Position numbers and translations under genes: made by a program
Shown: one piece after another, positions 28,549 to 38,127 of the stretch
How positions within the stretch are numbered: the stretch's first letter is position 1
How the letters are laid out: each line of letters opens with the position of its first letter
DNA from: Nitrospinota bacterium
GTDB lineage: Bacteria; UBA8248
DNA: 64,000 bases
Assembly (NCBI GenBank): GCA_036231405.1
Contig: JAZAHK010000003.1
Coordinates: 160,001 to 224,000 of the forward strand
Direction: 5' to 3'
Notes under the pieces: generated by a model
Told to the model about the DNA's origin: nothing
The model's input: the letters and a program-made list of their open reading frames with translations, nothing else
Databases searched by the model: none

Positions 28549-30525
28549 ATGAAAAAATTTGGCTTCCACACCTCCAGCATTACCTTTAAGGCTCTATGTG
28601 TCTTCCTCCCAATACAAGTCATTATTCTTGTTGCAGGATATGTTTTCGTTAGCGATTTAATTGTTCAAACAAAAAACGAACGGAAGGAAAAGTTTGCAAT
28701 CAATAGAAATTCACTAGAGAAAACATTAAAAGAAAATCCATCTTTACGACTCACAAAATTTAGTAACCCAAAAGACATTTCTGCTCCAAATACGTTCCCA
28801 ATTTTTTTGAGAACAAAGAAAATAAGAAGCGGGCCTGATATTCAATGCAAGGATCAGCAAAGCGCTTCAATGACCGATAGGTACTCGTACAAAAATAAAT
28901 TTAAATTTAGAGTTTCTATTATCGGAGACCTGCTCATCTTCTTCGGAGGTTTCGAAGGTTATGACGTACACTCTGAAGAACATTTCCTGAAAATCGATTT
29001 TTTAGATAGAAATAAAAATTCCTCCACAATTAAGGCTATTTTTGTAGCCAAAGATTCTGACGATTCTGAAAATCAAATTAAGCAAATTAAGGGAAATTTT
29101 GTTTTAGAAAAAGAAACAGAGTGGTCTATCAATCAAGACAGATCATATTGGAAAAGAAATGGAGCAGATGGAGAATTCGTTTATGGAACATTTAGTCTTT
29201 TCTTAAAAAGAAAGGAAATTCTTAGGAATATACAAAACATTAGATTCTCTTTACACGAAGACAATAATATCCTCTGCCAGACTTCTCCTAGATATAAAGT
29301 TTCCTTCTTCTTAACTGATTCGTTACAAGAAAAAATGAACAAGATACAACAAATGAAACATGGGATTCTATTTAGAGACTTGAATGAAAATATTATTTTC
29401 AAAAAAGAAGAATATAATCTACCACTTCGAGAGAGATTAGAAAAACAATCGTTTTTTGAATGGGTTGGAGAAAAAATTGTAGGTAGGCAAAAAGCTGGAC
29501 TACCGAGCGTGTGTGCTAAGTTGCAAAAAATCTTAAAGAAAAACCTAAGCGAATTATCAATGTGTTCATCTCTTTTCGATGAAACAGTTTACATCTGGTC
29601 CCAAGAGAGGAACTGGCAAAAGGAGAGCCTATACCCAATTTACAATATAGCAGCTATTGGATTTATAATCGTTTTACTCACGATTTTCCTACTCTGCAGT
29701 CTAATTTTTTATCTCAAAAATCGCTTGAGCAATTTACAAAGAGAAATAGAAAAACACGTTTCTAGCGACGGAGAAATTCTTCCAACCATAGAAAAAATGA
29801 AAGGTACCCAAAATGACGAATTAGGACTTTTAACAAAACTACTCCAATTAAGTTTTTTAAAAATTAGGGATCGAAATACATTTTATAGAAAAATGTCGGA
29901 TTTTCTAAGACACGAACTCGGACAACAATTCTCTAAATTACGTCTTAAAATAGCGAATATTAATTCTAATCCGGAACAAGTAGAAATCAATAAATCATTA
30001 ATAAAGACTTTAGAATTATCGGAAAAAACTCTCCAAGATTTCACAAGTGCTAGTAACATTATTTCCGCACTCAACGCAGGGAAAAGAGAACAGATTGATC
30101 TATGTTCGTTGATGAAAGAATTTGTCGAATATTTCGAAACACCCGATTCTAACATAAGACTAGAAATAAGAACGGAGAATGTTTTTGCAGAATGCGTCCC
30201 TATTGCACTAGAACGTGCATTCTCTTCTATATTTGAAAACGCAAGTGATTTCAGGAAAAAAGGCACAGAAATTACATGTATTCTAGAAACAAAAGATTCT
30301 GGGAAAAGAATTACTATAAAAAATGAAGGTAATTTAATTGATGAAAAAAATTTAACGAATATTTTTGATCTTGGATTTTCAATAAGAGAAACTCAAACCA
30401 AGGGAATACACCAGGGATTTGGTCTTTTCCTTGTGAAAGCAGTCATAGAATTTCATGGATGGAATATATCTGCAAACAACAACTCGGAACCTCCTGGGGT
30501 CGAATTTGTTATAGAAATACCCTAA
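28549..30525 (+). CDS. Membrane sensor histidine kinase
   Basis: Two TMs, HAMP-like DELGLL, HEL H-box, ENA N-box, GFGLFLV. Confidence 0.88.
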   Translation: MKKFGFHTSSITFKALCVFLPIQVIILVAGYVFVSDLIVQTKNERKEKFAINRNSLEKTLKENPSLRLTKFSNPKDISAPNTFPIFLRTKKIRSGPDIQCKDQQSASMTDRYSYKNKFKFRVSIIGDLLIFFGGFEGYDVHSEEHFLKIDFLDRNKNSSTIKAIFVAKDSDDSENQIKQIKGNFVLEKETEWSINQDRSYWKRNGADGEFVYGTFSLFLKRKEILRNIQNIRFSLHEDNNILCQTSPRYKVSFFLTDSLQEKMNKIQQMKHGILFRDLNENIIFKKEEYNLPLRERLEKQSFFEWVGEKIVGRQKAGLPSVCAKLQKILKKNLSELSMCSSLFDETVYIWSQERNWQKESLYPIYNIAAIGFIIVLLTIFLLCSLIFYLKNRLSNLQREIEKHVSSDGEILPTIEKMKGTQNDELGLLTKLLQLSFLKIRDRNTFYRKMSDFLRHELGQQFSKLRLKIANINSNPEQVEINKSLIKTLELSEKTLQDFTSASNIISALNAGKREQIDLCSLMKEFVEYFETPDSNIRLEIRTENVFAECVPIALERAFSSIFENASDFRKKGTEITCILETKDSGKRITIKNEGNLIDEKNLTNIFDLGFSIRETQTKGIHQGFGLFLVKAVIEFHGWNISANNNSEPPGVEFVIEIP

Positions 30526-30571
30526 GTTTTTTCCTTTAAGTCACGGAAAAACTTCTATGTTCATAAAAAAA

Positions 30572-31114
30572 TTATTTCAAAAAACTTGCGATAAAGTCTG
30601 GATAGACTGCCTCAACCTTTTCCCTTATTTCAGCCTCTTCAGAAACGGCCACTGGATGCTGAATCGCAATAAATGGAAGTTCAAGGTACCCCATTGCCTT
30701 CTGTTGTGCTTTAGCAATTGCTAAAAAGGCGGTGGTAATAACACACACCGATGGAATCCCTGATTTTTCTAAATTTACCGCATCCCTGAAACTCCAGGCT
30801 GTACAACTACCTCATTCTCCAAGACCTGTAACAGCGGCATCGGCATGTTCAACAACTTGTTCCAAAATATCAGGTCTGGCTGGACGAGTAAAAAAAGGTT
30901 TTTTCACGTGTATAACGTCTTTAACCCCATTTTTTGCCTTGAGTAAATCTCCCATCAAAGAAAAATATTTATTGTAAGGCTGGAGTTTATTATTATCTAA
31001 AAAAACAATAGTCTTACCTTCAAGGGTATCCAGTTTAGATGAAACGGACCCTCCTTCAGGAAATTTTTCTGCCATAGGATTTAGAACAAAGAAATTACCC
31101 TTATCTTTTGGCAT
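30572..31114 (-). CDS. UGSC-motif selenoprotein (Sec101), 180 aa
   Basis: GGAG RBS + ATG 31114; TGA at 30812-30814 reads GLGE-U-GSCTAWSFRDAVNLEKSGIPSV...QHPV and stays open to TAA at 30572-30574. Confidence 0.9.
30785..30798 (-). promoter_or_regulatory. Putative SECIS hairpin of the UGSC gene
   Basis: CCTGG-AGTT-TCAGG stem starting 13 nt after the TGA. Confidence 0.5.
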
Positions 31115-31133
31115 TTTTGCTATCTCCAAGCAA

Positions 31134-32180
31134 TTAGAAAATGATTTTCTTCGTGACTGCACGAGTTCCCCAACCAGGCATAAAAACTGTATGACGTCCT
31201 TTCCCACCAGCAACTAAAACTAAAATATCATCAGGAGTTCTAACTATAGGGATAAGTGTCTCTTCATTCTCTCGATCCACCCAGCGAGGCCAAAAATTTT
31301 TCTTATACTCTTTTCCATACATCCCATTATATTTAAGTTCACGAATTGGTTGCCGAGCATTTTCCCACAAAAAATATTTAACGTCTTTTTTTTTCCATCC
31401 CGCACTTGCAATACTTTCCGCATGTTCAGGACAAAGTACAACCATTGTATCCCCCATTACGTAGAAATTGTTATGGCCTGTCCCTTTCATTGCCCCAGCT
31501 ATCCCATACAAAATACCGAAAGGATCTCCTTCAGCATGGTTATTTACATTATGGGGTGGTTCACAAGAGTACGCGGTAATCGTACTTTCTTCAGAGTCAT
31601 AACCAAGATCAACATGTAAAGGATCCCATGGAGATTCCTCTTCATTTTCGGCAAAAAGATATGAAAACTTTCCAGGATGGCCAAAGGTCGCCTTATCTGT
31701 TTCTCCTGGTATTCCACCACCTAGATTCATCATGATAAGTCTCAATGCACGACCGATTGTTGCGTTTGCACGAAAACCACTACCCAAACAACCCGACTTT
31801 GAATTCACCCCTAGTTCATTGGCAATCGGGCCGTTGACTATAAATGCTGGCGTACTCATATGTGTTGTAGACTGTACACCTTGCAAGTTGAATTTTTCGT
31901 CAAGCATAGTCTTTAGACCGGCAACTACCAACGGCATATAGCTCGGGATACAGCCAGCCATAACGGCATTTATTGCAATTTTTTCAATTGTCGCACCTCC
32001 TTGCCCCGGAGGGACAAACCCTATAAGTTCAGTTGGTTCACGATCCCCAACCATAGAACGAACAAGTTCCGGAGTTGGTGGAATGATTGGCAACCCATCC
32101 GACCACCCTTTTTCAAAAAAGAATTCAACAGCCTCGTCTGGGTTCTCAAGTGAAATTATCTCTGATTCGAAATCGTTCAT
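31134..32180 (-). CDS. Uncharacterised protein of the family typically paired with UGSC proteins
   Basis: GWSDGLPIIPPT, IAINAVMAGC, FRANATIGRALRL motifs; 19 nt upstream of the UGSC gene. Confidence 0.75.
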   Translation of the reverse strand: MNDFESEIISLENPDEAVEFFFEKGWSDGLPIIPPTPELVRSMVGDREPTELIGFVPPGQGGATIEKIAINAVMAGCIPSYMPLVVAGLKTMLDEKFNLQGVQSTTHMSTPAFIVNGPIANELGVNSKSGCLGSGFRANATIGRALRLIMMNLGGGIPGETDKATFGHPGKFSYLFAENEEESPWDPLHVDLGYDSEESTITAYSCEPPHNVNNHAEGDPFGILYGIAGAMKGTGHNNFYVMGDTMVVLCPEHAESIASAGWKKKDVKYFLWENARQPIRELKYNGMYGKEYKKNFWPRWVDRENEETLIPIVRTPDDILVLVAGGKGRHTVFMPGWGTRAVTKKIIF

Positions 32181-32236
32181 TTCAAAATGCCTTTTGATAA
32201 GAAACAAAAAAAACAAGCTTTGAAATTATATATTGA

Positions 32237-33553
32237 TTAAGAATATAATCTTCCTTCTTTGAATATAAAAGTCAACTCATCTCTAAAATTGGGATGCGCA
32301 ATCTCTATTAAAGCAGAAGATCTTTCCCTTAAAGAAAGACCTCTCAAGTTTCGTGACCCATATTCTGTAACGATCCATTCTACGTCGGATCTAGGTATAG
32401 TGACTGCAGTTCCTGGTTCGAAAAATGGAACAATGCGAGAAACTTTTCCTCCAAGTGCGGTACTTGGAAAAACTACAATGTTTCGTCCACCACTACTATG
32501 AGACGCCCCTCTGACAAAATCCAAAAGCCCTCCAGTTCCAGAAATCTGATGGAAGCCCAAACTTTCTGAATTTACTTGCCCTTGCAAATCAACTTGAACA
32601 GCACCATTGATTGCAACAAAACTATCTATCTGACCTATTACAAACGGGTCATTTGTATGTTCAATAGGATAAAATTGAATCATAGGATTTTCATGAATAA
32701 AGTCGTAGAGTTTTTTTGTCCCTCTACAAAAACTTGCAACAGTCTCGTTTCGATGAATTTTTTTTTTCGAATTATTTATACAATTTTTTTGAACTAGATC
32801 CATCATCCAATCCGTAAAAAGCTCTGTATGCACTCCTAAATCTCTATGTGAACTTAAAAATTCAGCCACCGCTGAAGTAGCACTGCCAGCACCAACCTGA
32901 AGACAATCGCCATTTTTTATAAGATTGGCTACATTTTCACCCATTTTTTTTTCGACCTCTGAAATTTCAGGCCTTGATTCCTCAGGAAGTGAGTGATTTG
33001 ATTCCATAACGGCAACGGCCTCTTTTAGAGGAAATCTTACAGAACCAAAGGTTTGTGGCATTTCAAGGTTCACTTCTACTATCACTTGTTTCGCAATTTT
33101 TGATACAGTATCCATAAATCCTATATAAGTTCCATAACTACACGTACAGTCTTCTGTAGGTGCAGCTAACGCGATAACTGCCAAATCTAAATCACGATAT
33201 CCTTTAGAAAAAATTTGACTGACTTGATGGAAATGAGCTGGTGTGTGATCAACAAGTCCACGAGAAAATCCATCCCTAAGATCCTTCGATACGACTATAG
33301 GGTTAAACCTAATTTGCTTTGCGGAATCAGTTGTGATTTGAGGAAGATTGCCTAGTAAACGCATGTGGGTAATCTCAACATCCTCAAGCTCATGCGCTCG
33401 TCGAAATAGAGAATCAAGAAATGTCGTTGGGGTATTCGCATTGGCACTCACTATAATTCGAGATCCAGATTTGACGAAATTTGCGGCTTCACTGGGAGAC
33501 GCTAGATTCAAATCAGGAAAGTTTGTCAAATTGAAATATTTTTTTTTAACCAT
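32237..33553 (-). CDS. Acetyl-CoA hydrolase/transferase (4-hydroxybutyrate CoA-transferase-like)
   Basis: DLGVHTE, QVDLQGQVNSE, SGTGGLLDFVRGA, VTEYG, IAHPNFR. Confidence 0.92.
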   Translation of the reverse strand: MVKKKYFNLTNFPDLNLASPSEAANFVKSGSRIIVSANANTPTTFLDSLFRRAHELEDVEITHMRLLGNLPQITTDSAKQIRFNPIVVSKDLRDGFSRGLVDHTPAHFHQVSQIFSKGYRDLDLAVIALAAPTEDCTCSYGTYIGFMDTVSKIAKQVIVEVNLEMPQTFGSVRFPLKEAVAVMESNHSLPEESRPEISEVEKKMGENVANLIKNGDCLQVGAGSATSAVAEFLSSHRDLGVHTELFTDWMMDLVQKNCINNSKKKIHRNETVASFCRGTKKLYDFIHENPMIQFYPIEHTNDPFVIGQIDSFVAINGAVQVDLQGQVNSESLGFHQISGTGGLLDFVRGASHSSGGRNIVVFPSTALGGKVSRIVPFFEPGTAVTIPRSDVEWIVTEYGSRNLRGLSLRERSSALIEIAHPNFRDELTFIFKEGRLYS

Positions 33554-33686
33554 CGAAAAAACCTTTAATAAAAAACAAGGTTAACCCCTATATGAAATAA
33601 TTAATAATGTTTAAAAATCATATTTGAGAGATGTCAAACAATCAAGTAATCTGAATATCTTAAAACAACCTATTCAATCAGGAGAA

Positions 33687-34073
33687 ATGATGAAACTTTC
33701 ACACGATCATATCCACTGTGTTCATAAAGACGTAGAAGCAGCTGTAGATTTTTATAAAACTATTTTGGGTGCCGTGGAAACTAGTAGAATAGAAAGGGGA
33801 GGGGCGCCTCAGATAACTCTCAATTTACAAGGTGCAGACATAATCCTTCGAGGAAGAAGAGACAATGAAGACCTCGCAAACACACCATTAGAATGGCCTA
33901 GATATGGGATAGACCACTTTGCCTTTAGAGTCGAAGAAAATCTAGGAACTGCGCTTAACAATATAAAGGAAAGAGGCGGGATTGTCCTAGCCGAGGGAGA
34001 AGTAGAAGAACTTACTTTTGCCTATATTCAGGGACCTGAGGGAGTTGTAATCGAACTCCTCGAACTTAAATAA
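33687..34073 (+). CDS. VOC/glyoxalase family protein
   Basis: DHIH, FY..LG, DHFAF, GPEGVVIEL. Confidence 0.88.
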   Translation: MMKLSHDHIHCVHKDVEAAVDFYKTILGAVETSRIERGGAPQITLNLQGADIILRGRRDNEDLANTPLEWPRYGIDHFAFRVEENLGTALNNIKERGGIVLAEGEVEELTFAYIQGPEGVVIELLELK

Positions 34074-34097
34074 AAGCTTCAACAAGGAGATTAGTAA

Positions 34098-35087
34098 ATG
34101 CCGAAAGAAATAATTTGGGTGGGAACACCTTTTGTCCTAAATTTTAAAGACCAAAGACAGTTTTTTCGTTCTCTTGAAAGCCAGGGATATGAAGTACTTA
34201 TTGATGATTGCCCTGCGTATCTTTCGGAGGATGAATTAATTAAAAAAATTGAAAGCGCAACCGCCGTCATTGCAGGAGCTGAGCCTTACACAGATAAAGT
34301 GATGGGGAAAACTCCTGACTTAAAAATTATTGCACGTGCAGGAGTCGGTGTTAACAATATAGATATACCATCTGCTACAAAAAACAATATTGTCATTACC
34401 AATGCTGAGGGTCAAAATTCTTCCTCCGTTTCAGAACATTTTTTTGGATTGTTGATTAACTGTACAAGAAGAATACATTGGATGAATGAGAAAATAAGAA
34501 AAGGGGCTTGGAGGGAAATCCAACCTGCTCTTGTACCCCTTAAAGAACAAATACTAGGGATAATAGGTTTTGGAAATATTGGAAAACTCGTGGCTAAAAG
34601 GGCAAAAGCATTCGAGATGAAAGTGATTGCATACGATATAGTTCAAGATCAACAAACTGCCAATCAAATAGGAGTGAATTTCGTTTCCCTCGATGAGTTA
34701 GCCAAACAGTCAGACTTCCTAACGTGTCATGTCCCCCTCACTCCTGATACCAAACATATCGTGGATAAAGAATTGTTAGAAAAGATGAAACCAGAAGCTT
34801 TTGTTTTTAACACCTCGCGCGGTCCAGTATTCAACCTTGACGACGTTACAGAAGCTTTAAAAAGTAAAACAATTCAAGGTGCGGGAATAGATGTTTATCC
34901 TGAAGAACCGCCTGATTACTCACATGAAATATTTACTATGGAAAATGCAGTACTCACTCCTCACATGGGAGGACGTGGAGTGGATGCAGTTCGAGATACA
35001 ATTAACCATGCTGTAAACTGCGTAGACGATTTTTTGAAAGGAAAAAAGCCATCCACAGTCATAAATCATGAAATCTATGCTGATTAG
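34098..35087 (+). CDS. D-2-hydroxyacid dehydrogenase (phosphoglycerate dehydrogenase-like)
   Basis: RAGVG, GIIGFGNIG, NTSRG, DVYPEEP, TPHMGG. Confidence 0.92.
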   Translation: MPKEIIWVGTPFVLNFKDQRQFFRSLESQGYEVLIDDCPAYLSEDELIKKIESATAVIAGAEPYTDKVMGKTPDLKIIARAGVGVNNIDIPSATKNNIVITNAEGQNSSSVSEHFFGLLINCTRRIHWMNEKIRKGAWREIQPALVPLKEQILGIIGFGNIGKLVAKRAKAFEMKVIAYDIVQDQQTANQIGVNFVSLDELAKQSDFLTCHVPLTPDTKHIVDKELLEKMKPEAFVFNTSRGPVFNLDDVTEALKSKTIQGAGIDVYPEEPPDYSHEIFTMENAVLTPHMGGRGVDAVRDTINHAVNCVDDFLKGKKPSTVINHEIYAD

Positions 35088-35102
35088 TGAAAAAGAGAGA
35101 CG

Positions 35103-35870
35103 ATGGAAATAAAAAATGAACCATCCCTAAAAGATCAGGTTGCATTTGTAGCTGCCGGTGCTGCTGGCATTGGCTTTTCTTGTGTTGAACGTTTCACTAG
35201 AGAAGGTGCAAAAGTAGCTTTTATGGATAGAGATAATCATGAAGGTGAAAAACGAGCAAAGGAGATGAGAAATTTGGGGATGGAAGTTCTTTTTCTTCAC
35301 GGTGAGTGCACATCAAATGAAGATGTGGAAAAATCGGCAAAGAAAACCATCGAGAAGTGGAATAAAATAGATATTCTAGTTAACTGTGCAGGAGGGTTTC
35401 ACACCACGAACAATGTCGAGGAAATTGATGAAACAGAATGGAAAAAAATGCTCGATTGGAACCTCACGGCAACCTATTTGTCTACAAAAGCGATAGTTCC
35501 AAATATGAAAAAAAATAATTATGGACGCATAATAAATGTTTCTTCTCTAGCTGGTCGTACAGGTATTGCCTTTACTTCTATAGACTACGCAACTGCAAAA
35601 TCAGCTGTCATAGGTTTCACTAGAAGACTTGCTGTTGAATTAGCTCCATTCGGGATTACCGCAAATGTTGTCACTCCAGGAACAGTCTGGAGTCCTCGAG
35701 TAGCTAAACTCCACAAAGATCGAATAGAGCAAATTCGTGAAACAATTCCAGTGGGAAGAGAAGGAACAACAGAGGAAATCGCTGATGGCATTTGGTATCT
35801 AGCAACTCCCGGCGCAAGTTATATCACAGGAGCAACCTTGGACATTAATGGCGGGATGTGGTTTGGTTAA
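35103..35870 (+). CDS. Short-chain dehydrogenase/reductase
   Basis: AAGAAGIG, YATAK, ITGATLDINGG. Confidence 0.9.
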   Translation: MEIKNEPSLKDQVAFVAAGAAGIGFSCVERFTREGAKVAFMDRDNHEGEKRAKEMRNLGMEVLFLHGECTSNEDVEKSAKKTIEKWNKIDILVNCAGGFHTTNNVEEIDETEWKKMLDWNLTATYLSTKAIVPNMKKNNYGRIINVSSLAGRTGIAFTSIDYATAKSAVIGFTRRLAVELAPFGITANVVTPGTVWSPRVAKLHKDRIEQIRETIPVGREGTTEEIADGIWYLATPGASYITGATLDINGGMWFG

Positions 35871-35888
35871 AATTGAAAGCCCTAATTC

Positions 35889-35957
35889 ATTGGGAAAAAG
35901 AATTTTGGCATTGCAGTAGTTGGATCTGGAAGAATAGGAACTATTCCTCTAAGTTGA
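35889..35957 (+). pseudogene. N-terminal remnant of a Gfo/Idh/MocA-type oxidoreductase
   Basis: Reads IGKKNFGIAVVGSGRIGTIPLS-stop; GxGxxG segment like the start of 7636-8760. Confidence 0.5.
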
Positions 35958-35977
35958 AATCTTTGGGTTGAAAGTCC

Positions 35978-36778
35978 ATGACTAAATCCACTACAAAAAT
36001 TCCTACACAAAAAAAAAGACCTTTTTTTATAACCTTCAAAACCTATTTTAAATTCTTTATTTTTTTCATCCTTATTCTATTGGCTAGATGCATCACGATT
36101 GCATACTCTTCTCAAAATTTCGTCATTTATTCAAAAAAAAACTCTCCGCTTCAGGGATACCTATGCAAACCAAACGGCAAAGGTCCATTCCCTGCTGTGA
36201 TATATAACCATGGAGGACTAGGAAATATTGTTGGCGGCGCCCCTAAGGAAACCTGTACAGCACTTGCAAAAGAAAATTTTGTAGGATTTTCACCTATTCG
36301 GAGAAAAACGCGCCAATTAAAAGGACATCTAGTAGATGTAATAGACGCAATACAATTTACAAAAAAATTGCCTTATGTTGATAGAGACAGAATGGCGATG
36401 ATGGGATTTTCGAGGGGTGGGTTGTTAACATATCAGATTGCCGCATCTACAAACAAATTAAAAGCATTTATTTTAATGGCACCAGCAATCGGAAAAAGAA
36501 GGTATAGACTCCGACTAGAAGATGCGAACAAAATAGATTCCCCCGTTCTTTTATTAATTTCGAAAAATGATACAGGATCTTTTAGAACTCACGGCACAAA
36601 TCTTTTGGAAGAAATAAAAAAAATAACCATCGCGCTGCAGAGAAATAAAAGAGCAGTAAAACTGATTATTTATCCTCCCTATGAAAGTGATGGACATACC
36701 ATGTTCTTTAGAATTGGCAATTACTGGAAAGATATTGTCCTATTTCTGAGGAAGAATCTCAAAAGAAGGAAGTTATGA
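35978..36778 (+). CDS. Dienelactone hydrolase-like alpha/beta hydrolase, membrane-anchored or secreted
   Basis: GPFPAVIYNHGG, GFSRGG, GH. Confidence 0.8.
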   Translation: MTKSTTKIPTQKKRPFFITFKTYFKFFIFFILILLARCITIAYSSQNFVIYSKKNSPLQGYLCKPNGKGPFPAVIYNHGGLGNIVGGAPKETCTALAKENFVGFSPIRRKTRQLKGHLVDVIDAIQFTKKLPYVDRDRMAMMGFSRGGLLTYQIAASTNKLKAFILMAPAIGKRRYRLRLEDANKIDSPVLLLISKNDTGSFRTHGTNLLEEIKKITIALQRNKRAVKLIIYPPYESDGHTMFFRIGNYWKDIVLFLRKNLKRRKL

Positions 36779-38076
36779 AAATCTTGACGAAAAAGTTCTT
36801 TGTCTGTTTTTCGTTACTCGTACTAACAACAGGTTGTCAAACAACAACTAGTATGAATTATAAAGCTGGTTTTTCCTTTGGGCCTGCATCTTCCCAGATA
36901 ACTACAGCGACAGCTAGTATATGGCTTCGAACCAAAAATGAAGAAAATTTACAAGTTGCATATTCTAAAAGTAGGAATTTTTCTCGTTCAAAGTTTACTA
37001 AAATTATTAGATCAACATCACAAACAGATTTTACTTCAATACATAATTTAAAGAGATTACTTCCTGATACAGAATATTTCTACAGAGGTGTAATAAGGTC
37101 AAAAAATATTGCGTATGGTGATATCGGTCGTTTTAGAACTCCCTCTGAGAAATTGCTTTCTTTTAGATTTGCTGTCAGCGGGGATACGCGTGCTAAGTAT
37201 CAGCCATTTGATTTGTTTAACAAAATAGGGCAGAAAAAACCCGATTTCTTTATTTATCTAGGCGACACTATTTATGCAGATTATCCCTCAAAAGAGTTTT
37301 TTGCAGATCTTAGTCATTACCGGTGGAAATACAGAGAAAATCGAGATGACAAGCCTCTTCAAGAATTTCTGAAAAAGATTCCAGTCTATGCTGTCTGGGA
37401 TGACCATGAAGTCGAAAATAATTTCAATAGTTCCTGGGGGCCACAAATCGCTACAGCTCGCCGTGCATTTCGTGAATATTGGCCGGTTAAGTCAAAAGAA
37501 AAAAAAATCCTTTATTACTCCTTTTCCTGGTCTCCATTGGCAGATTTTTTCATTTTAGATACAAGACAATTTCGTAGTGCTAAAACTGATGAAAATGGTG
37601 AAGCACCGGATGCAACAATGCTTGGTAAAAAACAAAAAAAATGGTTCAAGAAAGCAATATCTAAATCCAAAGCACCTTTCAAATTTATAATTTCATCCGT
37701 TCCATTCAATACTTATAAAAATGTAGATAAATGGTCCGGCTATGTGACCGAAAGGGATGAGATTAAAAATCATATTACAAGGAATAATATTAGAGGAATT
37801 GTCACTATAAGCGCTGATATACATCGGGCAATAGCATTTTCCAATAGTTCAGGAGAACCCAGAGAATACATAGTTGGTCCTATTGCGGCGAATATTAAAT
37901 GCAGCAAAAAGAATTTTTATGAGTCATTAGGTTATTTTTTTATGTGTGATAGCTATAATTACTTAACTATTGACGTCACAGTTGAACATGGAAAACCGAC
38001 TGCCGAGATAAAATACTTTGACGACAAAAATAAATTGAGATATCGAGAAAAATTCAAATCAAATAAGCGAAATTAG
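36775..38076 (+). CDS. phoD: PhoD-family alkaline phosphatase/phosphodiesterase
   Basis: LGDTIYAD, WDDHEV.NN, LDTRQFR, SADIH. Confidence 0.88.
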   Translation: MKILTKKFFVCFSLLVLTTGCQTTTSMNYKAGFSFGPASSQITTATASIWLRTKNEENLQVAYSKSRNFSRSKFTKIIRSTSQTDFTSIHNLKRLLPDTEYFYRGVIRSKNIAYGDIGRFRTPSEKLLSFRFAVSGDTRAKYQPFDLFNKIGQKKPDFFIYLGDTIYADYPSKEFFADLSHYRWKYRENRDDKPLQEFLKKIPVYAVWDDHEVENNFNSSWGPQIATARRAFREYWPVKSKEKKILYYSFSWSPLADFFILDTRQFRSAKTDENGEAPDATMLGKKQKKWFKKAISKSKAPFKFIISSVPFNTYKNVDKWSGYVTERDEIKNHITRNNIRGIVTISADIHRAIAFSNSSGEPREYIVGPIAANIKCSKKNFYESLGYFFMCDSYNYLTIDVTVEHGKPTAEIKYFDDKNKLRYREKFKSNKRN

Positions 38077-38127
38077 AAAAGGAAAATCGATTAAATTAAA
38101 AAAACACAACTTTTACTCTTTAAAACT

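Noticed and set aside
30812-31213. 133-aa ORF-track call overlapping the upstream gene
   Set aside because: Better explained by the ATG at 31114 with an RBS and readthrough of the TGA to 30572.
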